Source: Octopus vulgaris
Taxonomy: Eukaryota
NCBI GenBank assembly: GCA_951406725.2
Contig: OX597819.1
Span: 131,192,001-131,256,000, forward strand
Reading direction: 5' to 3'
Length of the DNA: 64,000 nt
Shown here: positions 26,389 through 38,880 of the stretch, piece by piece
Layout: every line of letters starts with the position of its first letter
How positions within the stretch are numbered: position 1 is the first letter of the stretch
Made by a program: the position numbers and the translations under genes
Notes under the pieces: model-generated
What the model saw: only the letters and a program-made list of their open reading frames with translations
Databases searched by the model: none
What the model was told of the DNA's origin: nothing

Positions 26389-28220
26389 TCAAGAAAGCAA
26401 AAATTAAACCAAAAATGATAGCATTCAGTATGCTGGTTCAGTATGTTGGCCACCGGAATTTCTGTCAAAGAGACATGGTTAAACAAAGTTGTACATCCTC
26501 TCCCTCTTTCTCTCACTTACCCACTCTTTCTCTCTCTCTCTCTCTTATTATTACTCCCACTGCCACCATCAACACTACTACTTTTAATAAAACATCATCA
26601 ACTCTCCCTAAATTTCTTTGTCTCTCTTTCTCCATCTCTCTCTCTCTCTCACCCTCTCTGTCTTCACCACCACCCTCACTGTCTTTACTGATACTCTCAC
26701 CCCAACAAAGAATAGTAGAAGTGTCATTGAATAGTGAGGGGTGGGAGGTCAAAGTGTGACACACAGAAATTAGTTTTCACGTTTGTTATATTACATTTAT
26801 GAGAACAGAAAATGTCAGGATAAGTTGGGTTATTGCCCTTGGCTAGGAAAACGAATGGATTATTTCCCTTAGCTGTTAAAGGAAAATAGAGGATTTCTAT
26901 GTGGACCCCATCTAGGGGCCCTAGCTATCCAATTATAGATTTTTTATTAAACTTCAGTGTGCCTAGTAACAACCTGGATGTTACTTTAACATGTTTGCAA
27001 AGTTTCATGAAAATTCGTTAATGGGTGTTAGACGGCAACTTGACACAAACAGACAACCAAACAGACTCACATTTATATATGTATAGATAACAAGTTGTTC
27101 ATTTCCTTTCCAATTCTCATTAGTAGCCTCCTTCCCCATAAGAAACACTGCTTTAATGAATTAGAAATTTGTTCTTTGAATTTAGTGCAGTAATTTGGCA
27201 TAAAATTACTGCAATTTCTGAAATGAGGAATTTATATTATGTATATTGCTCTAGGTGCCATGCAGTGGGACTGAACCCATAACCAAGTGGTTGAGAAGCA
27301 AGGTAAGAATCTTGCTTCCCAACCACTTGGTTGCGAGTTCAGCCCCATGGTGTGGCACCTTGGGCAATTGTCTCTACTATAGCCTCAGGCTGTGAGTAGA
27401 TTTTGTAGACAGAAACTGAAAGAAGCCCATCGTGTATGTATAGGTATATATATCTATGTGTGTGTGTGTCTTTGTCTGTGTTTGTCCCCCACCACCACCA
27501 CCACCACTTGGCAACTGGTGTTGATGTGTTGTACCCCACAATTCAGTTCCACCCTTCGTTCTCTTTGTCTTGTATGAATGACCTACATGCAGCTATCTCC
27601 AGTACTTGTACAGACAACACCAACCCCCTACACTCAAGTGCAATTCACATTATCACCGAGATATCACATGCCAAATCAACATTGACTCAACGAAGAAGAT
27701 ACTTTGGAAACACCCCACCATTCGGTCACACCAGTCTTATCTGCTTCAATGTTGCAAAAAAGGACACTTTAGTCAGTATACTCATGCATGTGCCTAAGAA
27801 AACAGGGTGGTGGTCATGGCTGGAATACATTTTGATCATAAGCCTGCTCTAAGACTAAATAGCAACAGCTATTTATTTTATCAGTCTCTTTTTGCTGACT
27901 GCTTGTCAAACAGTGGCAGGAGAACAAAACAGGCTTCTTTCAGTTTCCGTCTACCAAATCCACTCACAAGGCTTTGGTTGGCCTGAAGCTATAGTAGAAG
28001 ACACTTGCCCAAAGTCGCACACAGTGGGACTGAACCCAGAGCCCTATGGTTGGGAAGCAAACTTTTTACCACACAGCCACACCTGAACCTATATATATAA
28101 GAAAGATATCCTTATCTGAATGACTTTGATCATAGGATTGCTTGATCAGTATTGATCTGGAGGTAAACATCAGCAAAAATAAGTGTGGCAGTGTTCTAGT
28201 TAAAGAAATTGCTATTAGTA

Positions 28221-28655
28221 GGTGCAGGAGTGGCTGTGTGGTAAGTAGCTTGCTTACCAACCACATGGTTCCGGGTTCATTCCCACTGTGTAGCACTTTG
28301 GGTAAGTGGATTTGGTAGTCAGAAACTGAAAGAAGCCCGTTATATACGTGTGTATATGTATATATTATATATACGTGTGTATATGTATATATTATATATA
28401 CGTGTGTATATGTATATATTATATATACGTGTGTATATGTATATATTATATATATGTGTGTGTGTGTTTATGTGTTTGTGTTTGTCCCCCCAACATCACT
28501 TGACAACCGATGGTGGTGTATTTACGTCCCCCGTAACTTAGCAGTTTGGCAAAAGAGACCAATAAGAATAAGTCCTGGGGTCTGTTTGCTCAACTCGACG
28601 GCGGTGCTCCAGCATGGCCACAGTCAAATGACTGAAACAAGTAAAAGAGTTTAAA
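28221..28655 (+). mobile_element. SINE family A with an internal deletion and an expanded 27-bp tandem repeat (about 4 copies, 28342-28455)
   Basis: ATATACGTGTGTATATGTATATATTAT is repeated inside the SINE microsatellite. Confidence 0.8.
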
Positions 28656-29004
28656 AAAGAGTACTACAGTGACACAAGAGGAGTAACAGCTGGAGCAATG
28701 GAACAGCTGGAGTGGCAGAGCACAATACTCAAATTCTAATAGTATTTAGTATTTGCCTACCTACAGTTTGAGTTCAACTCTCATTGGTCGGAGACACCTT
28801 GGCTGCTACAAATATTGATTCTGCATCAAATCAAAACATAAATAATGTACATATTTGATGAACTCTTTTGATACTAATCTGCCTGAGACTGCCCTTGGTT
28901 CTCTAATAAAAACTTCTACCTTTAAACTGATCTAAATTAAAATCTTCCATCAAAATTTCATATTAATTTCATATTAATTACTCTCTTTTTTTTCTTTCTT
29001 TTTT

Positions 29005-29403
29005 TACTCTCTTTTACTTGTTTCAGTCATTTGACTGCGGCCATGCTGGAGCACCACCTTTAATCGAGCAACTCGACCCTGGGACTTATTCTTGTAAGCC
29101 CAGTACTTATTCTATCGGTCTCTTTTGCCGAACCGCTAAGTAACGGGGACGTAAACACACCAGCATTGGTTGTCAAGCAATGCTCGGGTGACAAACACAG
29201 ACACACAAACACACACAAGAATATATATATATATATATAGGACAGGCTTCTTTCAGTTTCCGTCTACCAAATCCACTCACAAGACTTTGGTTGGCCCAAG
29301 GCTATAGTAGAAGACACTTGCCCAAGTTGCCACGCAGTGGGACTGAACCCGGGACCATGTGGTTGGTAAACAAGCTACTTTACCACACAGCCACTCCTGC
29401 GCC
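29005..29403 (-). mobile_element. tRNA-derived SINE, family A
   Basis: Reverse complement of 1618-2040. Confidence 0.85.
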
Positions 29404-30112
29404 TAGTTTAATAATGACAAAAAAATTCTTCATTATTTAAAAAATTTTATTGGTGAAAGGCAGAATATTTCAGTTGAACTACGCTAACAAAACGGTTTAA
29501 TATGTATTGTAAATACTAATATAAATTGTTTCTATCAATTCCACCGAGGTTGACTTTGCCTTTCACCCTTTCGAGGTCAATAAAACAAATACCAGTTAAG
29601 GACTGGGTCAACGCAATCAACTTACTTACGCCTCCTCTCAAAAACTGTTGGCCCTTTGCCAAAATTTGAAACTGATATTGATTGTTGCTATTATTGGTGT
29701 TGTTTAGCCCAAATTGACCCTTATTGAATAGAACTGTGTTTTAAGCCTTGACCATCCTGTATTTTTGTATGCCCAGCACATTATTATTCAGTGTCTTTTT
29801 CTTTTTTTGTTGTTGTTAATGATGATGGATTGTGATACAAGGGAGATTTGGTTGTTATTTCTAGCAGGTCAAGTGAATGTCTAGAAATTCCTGTCATTAG
29901 AGTGTACTTACTATATAAGAGTCTGAGTACATGAGACGTTTATTTCCCTTTTTTAGGTCCTCCTAGTATAGGATAGGTGTAAGTATTTGAGTTGAATGTT
30001 TAATTTTGATTTTATAGGTTTGGAAATCCAATGGAGGGTTGTTGTAAAGGGATACACTCTCAGCAACAAAATAATCAGGCTAAATGCTTAATGCAGGGGT
30101 TCTAGAAATAAA

Positions 30113-30368
30113 CGTATCACTTTACTGGCACTTGTGCCAGTGGCATGTGTAAAAGATTCGAGCGAGGTCGTTGCCAGTACCGCCTGACTGGCACGTAAAA
30201 GCACCCACTACACTCTCGGAGTGGTTGGCGTTAGGAAGGGCATCCAGCTGTAGAAACTCTGCTAGATCAAGACTGGAGCCTGGTGCAGCCTTCTGGTTTG
30301 CCAGCCCTCAGTCAAATCGTCCAACCCATGCTAGCATGGAAAGCGGACGTTAAACGATGATGATGATG
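30113..30368 (+). mobile_element. SINE-like repeat, family B
   Basis: Core and (GAT)n tail. Confidence 0.8.
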
Positions 30369-31519
30369 AAATGGCTCCTCTGACAATTTTGATAGTGTGA
30401 GTTACCAATTATGGCACCAAGCGAACTGACAGTTCATCATAGTGAAAATGGCTGATTATTTCATAAGCATGTGTCCTTTTAATGTAAACCGCAGGCAGAA
30501 TCAATGTGATGCTGTGTATGACAAGGCTGAATTCCTTGAATGAATCCTCTGCCTGTCCAAAGCATTTTCAGATGTCTGTCCCAAATGTCCATATTTGTTT
30601 CCAAACTTTTAATTTGTCCTTTTATTTCACACATTCTGAATAAAGCAATGCCTTCCTTTCGAAAGTCTCACATTACTCTGGTGGGTGGAAAAGAATTTGG
30701 AACGTGTGTCAAATATGAGGCATGGACCCCAGGGAAATATGTCCTGTGTATCCTGTGTGACAAGCAAAGGGTTAAGATGCAGGCCACCTGATGGGGTGGC
30801 CTTGTCAAGGACTGTTGACCAATCCAGGTGAGAGTGTTATAATCTCACTTGTTTAAACACTTCAAAAACTGGAATGACCTTTGACCTAGTGTCTGCCTGG
30901 TTTCACTTGACAAGTCTTGAGACTGTGATATGAGAGACTTGTCTAAGGTATTTCGAAATGGAATTAAACCATGGAACTCGTGATTGTGAAGTTCACTTCT
31001 TAACCATATGGCTATGCTTGCACTCAAAGTGCAAAAAGTCAATAACATGAACATCAGTGGGTCTGGAAAAAAAAAGGTGAAGTCAGGTGAGGGGATGGGG
31101 GTGGGGGGCAGAATCGATGAAGAACTTTTGATGGAGACTAAATGGATTTGGTGCAATGCCTTGTGCCTCAGAATTTCTTTAAACTGACTGAGGTTCTTGA
31201 AAAAAGGTTGAGGCCGCTTACAGTGACATCAACAACAGCAATGGCGCCAACAGGAGGACTTTTATGTTGTGGCTCAGTGTGCTAGAAATAGCAAACAAAT
31301 CTCCCTCAAATCATAACAAACTTCCTTAAAAAATGGAAGGACACATCGGATGATGTAGTTATCTCAATATGGCTGAGTAAACATGTATCAGGTTGAGTTG
31401 AAATTAACCAACAACACTGGGTCTGGCACGTTAACAGCCAAAAGCCAAGCATAGAATTCGACCGTTCGCTGCCCCATCGAGATGACTCTAAGTGTGTGTT
31501 CAACATTCTCTTTTCGCAG

Positions 31520-31699
31520 ATATTTGATGTGGTTTTAAATGGAGAACATACCATTGTAGATGAACTTGATATTTTTGCCAAAGTTGGAAGAGGTGTGGCA
31601 CATGATGAGATGCTAACGTTTTCAGTGAAAAATGGTAAAGTGAGAGTAAATGGAGAAACATCACAGATTGATGGCAAAATTACTGTGGAGTTTATTAAG
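31520..31699 (+). CDS. MLEC: Malectin, internal coding exon (180 nt, phase 0-0)
   Basis: IFDVVLNGEHTIVDELDIFAKVGRGVAHDEMLTFSVKNGKVRVNGETSQIDGKITVEFIK matches the malectin lectin domain (VFDV.LNG..VV.DLDIF..VG...AHDE). Acceptor ttttcgcag, donor AAG|gtaagt. Confidence 0.95.
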
Positions 31700-33482
31700 G
31701 TAAGTAGTTTCGTTTTATAAACATTGAATTTCTTACTGTGAAAGTGCATGGCCTTGTGGTTAGGGTGTTGGATTCACAGCCCTAAGATTGTGAGTTCAAA
31801 TTCTAAAGTAGGTGATATATTCTTCCTTGAGCAAATATTTCATTTCATGTTGCTCCTGTCCATTCAAATAAAAGTATGTACAAGAAGCAGCTGGAGTTAA
31901 CATTGTGAGGGACTGTTGACCAGTCCAGGTGAGAGTGTGATAGTCTCACTTTAAACACTTCAAAAACTGGAATAGCCTTTAACCTAATGAATCTGTAGGT
32001 TCAAGACAGATACTAACTCAAAAGAATTTCTTACTGGGTACCTCACACTGAGGCTAAGTTGACATGTTCAAAACCAGTAAATAACTTGCTTTTGATCAGG
32101 CAAAAACTGCATCTCAAAGTATGGCCTTCATCTTCAGAGCCAGATAATACTTCAGGTATCCCATCTTTACCCAGCAATTACAAGCCCTCTACAAAGCTCA
32201 AATGAGACCCTACATTTGGAGAAGGTGCTGCTTCTTAGACTGAATTTTTTAAAATGTCACCTAACTGATTGGCATGAAGTCACTCATTGAGGTCTATCCA
32301 CCTTTTTTGATGTTAACTCAGGCGATGACCAACCTGATGTGGGTTCTGGTCTGGTTGTTATCATGAATGTATTGTGGGCAAGTTAGCTTGGCAGTGCCCA
32401 TTCCTCTCTAAGCTGTTGGCCAAAACCTACTTGAGATACCAACACTTAGGCCCCAAGCACTAGGCTGTTGACCAGAGTAGGTTCCTCCACCCTAGATGGT
32501 GATTCCATGGGAAGCTTTACCCAAAGTTTTACACCTACTGGTGCAGTTTTATCACCATTCCCATACTTAATTTAGCTCACCAGCTGACGTGGGATACCAG
32601 GGTGTGGCACAAGGAGCCATCAGGTGAGAGATTAGGGGTTGAATGAGGACCAGGGATGCCCGATCACCTGTCCATCCCTGAGAAGATGCAGTTGCCAGAC
32701 ACCAAAGGTACTACCTCCATTCAGAGCCCCTTATACTTCATATATAATCTCATAGTAAGGTGGCAAGCTGGCAGAATCGTTAACACACCTGGCAAAATGC
32801 TTAACCTCATTTCATCTGTCTTTACATTCAGAGTTCAAATTCCACCATTCAGTGTTAATAAAATAAGTATCAGTTGAGCCCTGGGGTCATTGGAATCAAC
32901 AGAGCACCCCTCACCCCCCGCCTCCCCTGAAATTGTTGGCCTTATGCCAAGATAAGAAAAGAATATTAAATCTCACAAGGTGATGTGTCTTAACCTTTTG
33001 CTGACTTCCTGAACATTCCACATTCTTTAGAAGACGATTTAAAGAAGAGAACAAAAAAATAGTAAAACATGATTTCAACTATTTTTAGTTGAGATCACAC
33101 AGGATAATGGTGTCGTCATAGCTTCTCATTCAACTGTGTTTGATAAACATGAATAAAAAAACCTGTCATCCATTTGATAATATAAAGGATTGACTGGCTT
33201 CAGACTGGCTTTAACTGGTTTTCTGCATACTCAGAAGAAACTTTCTGATATTTTTTCTCATTTAAAACAAAAAACAATTTTTTGATTTTTTTTTTCTCAT
33301 TTTTTGAAAAAAATTAATTTGATTAGGTTTTGTTGTTTTTGCCTTGAACTAATCTTTTAATCTTTTATTTGTTTCTGTCATTAGACTGTAGGCATATATA
33401 TATATTGCCATGATAAGATCATTAGCCACTACACACATTTTCTTTTTCTCTCCTTTTTTCTCTCCATGTTTTTTCTGTGTCC

Positions 33483-33518
33483 CTTTCTGTTGAAGAGCAT
33501 AGGCTCAAAACGTAAAAG
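33483..33518 (+). ncRNA. Hammerhead-like motif, second copy of the A6U family (also G12A, probably dead)
   Basis: CTTT-CTGTTGA-A-GAGC-ATAG-GCTC-AAAAC-GTA-AAAG in a (TA)n-flanked module (about 33405-33610) homologous to 19833-19970. Confidence 0.5.
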
Positions 33519-33800
33519 ACTTTTTCTATTCCTGAGCATTATACTAATACATCTGTATATTTTGTACACCACCTGTCTTTGTCTTTTGTTTTTTCATAAA
33601 CTCTCCCTATATATATATATATATATATATATAATAGTTATCGCCATACTAATATGGCAGTCTATAAATAAGACTAAGGCTGTCGCTGATTAGCTCCAAG
33701 AGGCTGTCGCCTCTAGCTAGCTATATGACACATGAACCTGCGTCCATTACAACCTTCGAACAGGGAAGGTCAGCCGCTTCACCTTGCTAGTCAGACATCT

Positions 33801-33837
33801 GCAGACATGTTTCAGGGTTGTTGCCCTTTATCAATGC
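33801..33837 (-). ncRNA. Minimal type-I hammerhead ribozyme motif with a U3-A8 core
   Basis: Minus strand reads GCA-TTGATAA-AGGG-CAACAA-CCCT-GAAAC-AT-GTC-TGC. Confidence 0.6.
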
Positions 33838-34056
33838 TGCGTAGTCAGAACCAGCAGGTGTTGCTACTGACCGTCTATTCGAAGATTTTATATTCTGGTA
33901 GATGAGTTGCCATGAAGTTGTCTATAATCTTCATATATATAAATGAAAGACATTTGGAAGTATGGCCTAAGATATAATAATAAGAGCAGGTCCAATCCTA
34001 GAAGCTGAACTGCATATCTATTATTTGCTGGCAGATTGCACTCCAGGTTACATTAA

Positions 34057-34277
34057 CCCATTAGCATTTAAACCGGCCATATCCGGCCAAAAGTATTCTG
34101 CCTGTTTTATGTTCAAACTGGCTAGATCTGGTCTCTCACACCAACCCTACAATATCGTTTTAAAGATTAACAGCTACCTCATCAAAATCTCATAGCTACA
34201 AGATAATGCAGGATTACTTCAAAACAATGTGGATGAAAAAGTATTAATTTTGGCAGAATAATGCGAACACTAAAGGG
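34057..34277. mobile_element. piggyBac-like MITE
   Basis: TTAA|CCCATTAGCATT ... AACACTAAAGGG|TTAA. Confidence 0.8.
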
Positions 34278-34436
34278 TTAAATAGGTTCTGCCGATTTCT
34301 TCTTATTGGATAAACGAGCAGAATTACCCCCCCCTTCACATCACTTGAAGATTATAGACAACTTCATGGCAACTCATATCTACCAGAAGATTTTTCTGTA
34401 ATAAGTAATACTTAATCTTAACTATTTATGTTACAG

Positions 34437-34475
<39 letters not shown>

Positions 34476-34745
34476 TGAGATAGGGGTTGTGAGTACAACC
34501 CTCCATGGGATAATATATATCCAATATACTGCCAGTGAAGCACCCAACAAAGTTAATACATAAATGTTAAGAATTGTGATGCAATTAATTCATTTATTGT
34601 ATTATATGGGCAAAGGTAAAATGTTTTACCACAAATTCATAATACAAATATATATATATATATATATATATACCCACACCGCGTGTGTACCGTTGGTGAT
34701 TTTGTTCCTCCGTCTTCCCTTCCTTGGATCTTTCCTTTTCCTATG

Positions 34746-34778
34746 TTTCTGATGAAGAGCTCCGCTCGAAACATTAAA
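34746..34778 (+). ncRNA. Minimal hammerhead ribozyme motif (canonical CTGATGA core, stem III mutated)
   Basis: TTT-CTGATGA-A-GAGC-TCC-GCTC-GAAAC-ATT-AAA inside a (TA)n-flanked module at about 34672-34881. Confidence 0.6.
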
Positions 34779-35650
34779 TCCTCTTTCTTTCTTTCCTTTC
34801 CTGAGCATCCAATAACACTATACTTGTTCCACGTCCTCGCGTTGTTGTGTTTTCTCTTTGTGTTTTCGTGTTTGGATTAAGTATATATATATGCATACAT
34901 CTTATATGTTCTTGATGATAAAGTACAGAATATTGTGCTACCAAGGAATAAAAATGTATTCAATGATATTCTTGAGTTTTATCTCATTTATTGTAAGCTG
35001 AAAACTTTTATTAAATCTTTTCTCTGAGTTCCACATTTTCAATCTTTGGATGACTGTGCAATGCTGAAACAAGCACAATCTGCACATATAACTGTTTCCC
35101 TAATCAACACGCATATGCACTCATGCCTGCATGCGTGTGTGTGAAAATGTTTGACCCGGATGCTTAGATCCTGACTAGATGTTGGGGAAGGTGTCGTTTG
35201 CTTGCATTTTGCATGTGAGCTTTTAATTTTGTAGTTAAAATGCATTTAACAAATTTTTTCTTTAACTTTATCAGATAAAAAAAATGTTGTTTTCATGTTC
35301 AGATGCACTTTAATAAAGTTTTAAAAAATATTCTGCACCCTGATGTTAGTTATGGTATTCAATGATACGATTATTCCACCCAGCATCCAGACAGGGTTAA
35401 GCATTGTCGGGAAACATTTTCATAAAATTTTATGGAAGAAGATAAATGTGTGTGTGTGTGTGTGTGTGTATAGATATATAGATAGATAGACAGACAGACA
35501 GATAGATATTGCTTGTCCAGCATTCACTGCTGTCACAGTTAGTAAAATTTTCAGCTTACATTAAATAGGATACTATGTATGTGAACTTGTAAGTATAATT
35601 GTTTTCATCTAATGTGTTTGTTATCAATTTTTATCTATCTTTCCTTCTAG

Positions 35651-35708
35651 GGTGACTCAGACAATCCAAAAATTAATGCCATTTACGTTATGAAGGGTAC
35701 TCTAGATG
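35651..35708 (+). CDS. MLEC: Malectin, internal coding exon (58 nt, phase 0-1)
   Basis: GDSDNPKINAIYVMKGTLD matches the malectin DNPK motif. Acceptor ttccttctag, donor G|gtaagt. In frame with both neighbouring exons. Confidence 0.95.
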
Positions 35709-36229
35709 GTAAGTTTTAATAACATTTTTTGTAACTGGAAGTCTGACCACTTGTGCTAAAGTCATATTCTTTAAGCCAAATACTATTACACACACACACA
35801 TTCATACACACACACACACACACAACACAGAACCTCTTACATATATATCATATTTCACTGACATATATTCTTTATTTGAGCATGAAGTATTTTTTTTAGA
35901 ATTGTTCGAGCAATTGTTATTGAGAAACAAACATAAATAGGGATTGTTCTTTCTTTTTTTCCTGTCTTTTGAGAAGTTTGAGTTTCTGTTTGCTTTGTAT
36001 TGTTTTGTTTGCCCAAAAGATATATTCAATGCTTCAAGATACTTTACCCCTGACAGTTTCTTTTATGGAGTATTGGTTACAGTGTTCTGAATACAATGTC
36101 AAGTGTAAGATTAGGTTAGCAGGCCTCAAACCTTTGTTGCAAGCAGAAGTCTGGAGGTTTTTGCCATGCTCTGATGAACAAGGTTATATTTTTTTTATTT
36201 AATTACTATTGTCATTATTAAGGTGATGA

Positions 36230-36302
36230 GCCAAAATAGCTCAGTTGGGAGAGCGTTAGACTGAAAATCTAAATGTCTCTGGTTCAATCCCAGGATGCTG
36301 AA
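36230..36302 (+). pseudogene. tRNA-Phe(GAA) pseudogene
   Basis: GCCAAAATAGCTCAGTTGGGAGAGCGTTAGACTGAAAATCTAAATGTCTCTGGTTCAATCCCAGG closely follows eukaryotic tRNA-Phe, but the 3' acceptor strand no longer pairs and several positions are mutated. Confidence 0.85.
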
Positions 36303-36334
36303 GCATCTGGTGGCTGGTCTGCTTTCTTTTGTGA

Positions 36335-36665
36335 AGGTGCATAATTCAGTGGTTAAAGCGTTGGGCTCACAATCATGAGATAGTGAGTTCAGTTCTCAGA
36401 CAGGGCTGTGTGTTGTGCTTTTGAGCAAGACGTGTTATTTCATGTGTCTCCAGTTCCACTCAGCTGTACAAATGAGGTGCGATGTCATTGGTGCCAAGCT
36501 GTATTGGCCCCTTTGCCTTTTCTTTGGATAGCATCAATGGTGTTGAGAGGGGAGGCTGGTATGCGTGGGTGACTGCTGGTCTTTATTAACAACAACCTTG
36601 CCCAGACTTGTGCCTCGGAGGGGACCTTTTCTAGGTGCAATCCCATGGTCTTTTGTGACTGATGG
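36335..36665 (+). mobile_element. tRNA-derived SINE, family D (diverged)
   Basis: Homologous to 20938-21275. Confidence 0.7.
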
Positions 36666-37326
36666 AGGTGCAAGGCTGTGAGCTGGCAGAACTGCTAGCA
36701 CACCAGGCAAAATGCTTAGCAGCATATCGTCTTTCTGTTCAAATTCCACCAGGGTCGACCTTGCATTTCATCCTTTTGGAGTCATCGTCGTCGTCATCAT
36801 CATCACCACCATCATCATTATCCATGTTGGCATGGGTTGGACAGTTTGGCCAGGGCTGGTAAGCTGGGAGGCTGCACCAAACTCCAGTCTGTTTTGGCAT
36901 GGTTTTCCACAGCTGGACATCCTTCCTAACGCCAACCACTCCAAGAGTGTAATGGGTGTTTTTACATGCCACTGGCACAGGTGTCAGTTTGCATGGCACC
37001 AGTATCTGCCACAACTGCAGTTTTACATGGCTTGATGGGTTTTAGATACACACATAATGTATTATATCTATCGTACCATCTATTGTATATATATATATAC
37101 ATCATCATCATTTAGCATCCGCTTTCCATGCTAGCATGGGTTGGACAGTTCAACTGGGGTCTGTGAAGCCAGAAGGCTGCATCAGGCCCAGTTTGATCTG
37201 GCAGTGTTTCTACGGCTGGATGCCCTTCCTAACGCCAACCACTCCGTGAGTGTAGTGGGTGCTTTTTACGCGCCAACGCACTTTACGTGCCATACATACA
37301 TATATATATGTATATATAATGTATAT

Positions 37327-37753
37327 GAGAGAGAGAGAACCAGGCAGTGGTGAAGAGGTGATGGAGAAGGTATATGTTCAGGTCTTAGCCTCTCCACCCA
37401 CAAAAGATAAAATAAACAAAATGAAACAAAAAACAAACTATATAAGCGAAAGAAACATCTGTGTTTAGGGGGAAAAAAGGGCATGCGTTAGAAATATCAA
37501 AATGACATGGAGATGTGGCCTATATGAATTGTGTGTGTGTGTGGGTGGGTGGAGGGAGCTAAAGAGGTGGGGGAGGGTGGGTTTGAAGATTATGTGTGAA
37601 TAGTAACCAGGATGTCCATCTCTTGAATTTACAAGAGAAAACAATCTTTCATGTATCGCAAGCCATGGAGCACATTTCTCTCTCTCACACTCACTGACAC
37701 ACAGACACTTTGTATAAGTAAAGTTATATGTTGAATGTTAGTGAGTGCTGGAC
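37327..37753 (-). repeat. Inverted copy of the 19390-19800 repeat
   Basis: Direct comparison of the two segments. Confidence 0.85.
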
Positions 37754-38038
37754 CGGATAAAACAAGTACCAGTTGAGCACTGGGGGGGTCAATATAATTG
37801 ATTTGCCCCTCTCCCCCGAAACTTGGCTTTGTGCCAAAATTTGAAACCTATAATTGTTACATTTTGTTAGCTTAGTCAGAAGAAGAGCAGCAATGATTAT
37901 TTTGCACGGTCCTATGAGATGGGCCGAAGCAAACAAGGAAGACACAGGACTCCTGGTTTGGTACTCCTGGTTTGCTGCAATAGAAAGCTGTCCAAGATAT
38001 TGAGTTGTTTCCATCATGTCGCTCCCCACCATCCTTGA

Positions 38039-38880
38039 CCCTTTAGCGTTCAGTTTTACTCTGTCAAATGTGATACTTACTTGTTCACATTGTTTTGTAG
38101 CTTTGAGAGTTCTGTGATATGATTGTATATTTTTAGAATTGTTCGCACTAGTGCTTGGTAGATCCATTCTTTGGTGGTGCACGGATCTACTAAGCACTAG
38201 TGCGAACGATTCTCCTTTACGGCAGCGAGTCATGGCTGATGAGGATGGAAGATATTAAGTGACTAGAATCCTTCGATCACCTCTGTCTACGCTGCATTCT
38301 TCGTGTCCAATGGCATCACTTTGTCTCCAACAATTCGGTGCGATACCAGTGCAAAATCACCTCCCTCTGACAAGTCATCCTAACGAGACGTCAGCGTTGG
38401 CTGGGTCATGCCCTCCGTTGTCAACCAGGAGAATTCATCTACAAAGCAATTGCCCCGGCCCCCCTTCAGGGTTGGCGAAAGCGATATGGTGGACAACGAA
38501 AAACCTGGCTGATGACAGTCAAGGTTGATCTGGAACCCAACCTAGGCCCCCATGTCTACAGCATTTGCCACTGGAATATAAAGCGGTTGGAGATCACGCG
38601 GTTGTTAGCCTCAAATCGCCAGGCTTGGTCAGTGTTTGTGAGAGATGCAGCATTGAGAATGAATGAAGCCAGCTCAACCCACCCCAGGTGAATGCTGTCT
38701 CAAGTCGAGTCAAGTCAAGTCAAGTCAAGTGTTATCCTGTAGCTTTGAGATTTCTGTGATATGATTGTATATCTTTAGAATCACATTGTCAGGTTGGTGT
38801 GAGAGGCCGGATCTGGCCAGTTTGAACATAAAATAGATGGAATATTTTAGCCACATATCATTGGTTTAAACACTAAAGGG
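38039..38880. mobile_element. piggyBac-like MITE interrupted by an RTE LINE fragment
   Basis: TTGA|CCCTTTAGCGTT ... AACACTAAAGGG|TTAA. Homologous to 34057-34277 in the opposite orientation. Confidence 0.7.
38140..38731 (+). mobile_element. 5'-truncated RTE-like LINE 3' fragment with (CAAGT)n tail
   Basis: VRTILLYGSESW..FDHLCLRCILRVQW..RWLGHALR..GGQRKTW, then tail CAAGTCAAGTCAAGT. Flanked by a 44-bp direct repeat. Confidence 0.85.
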
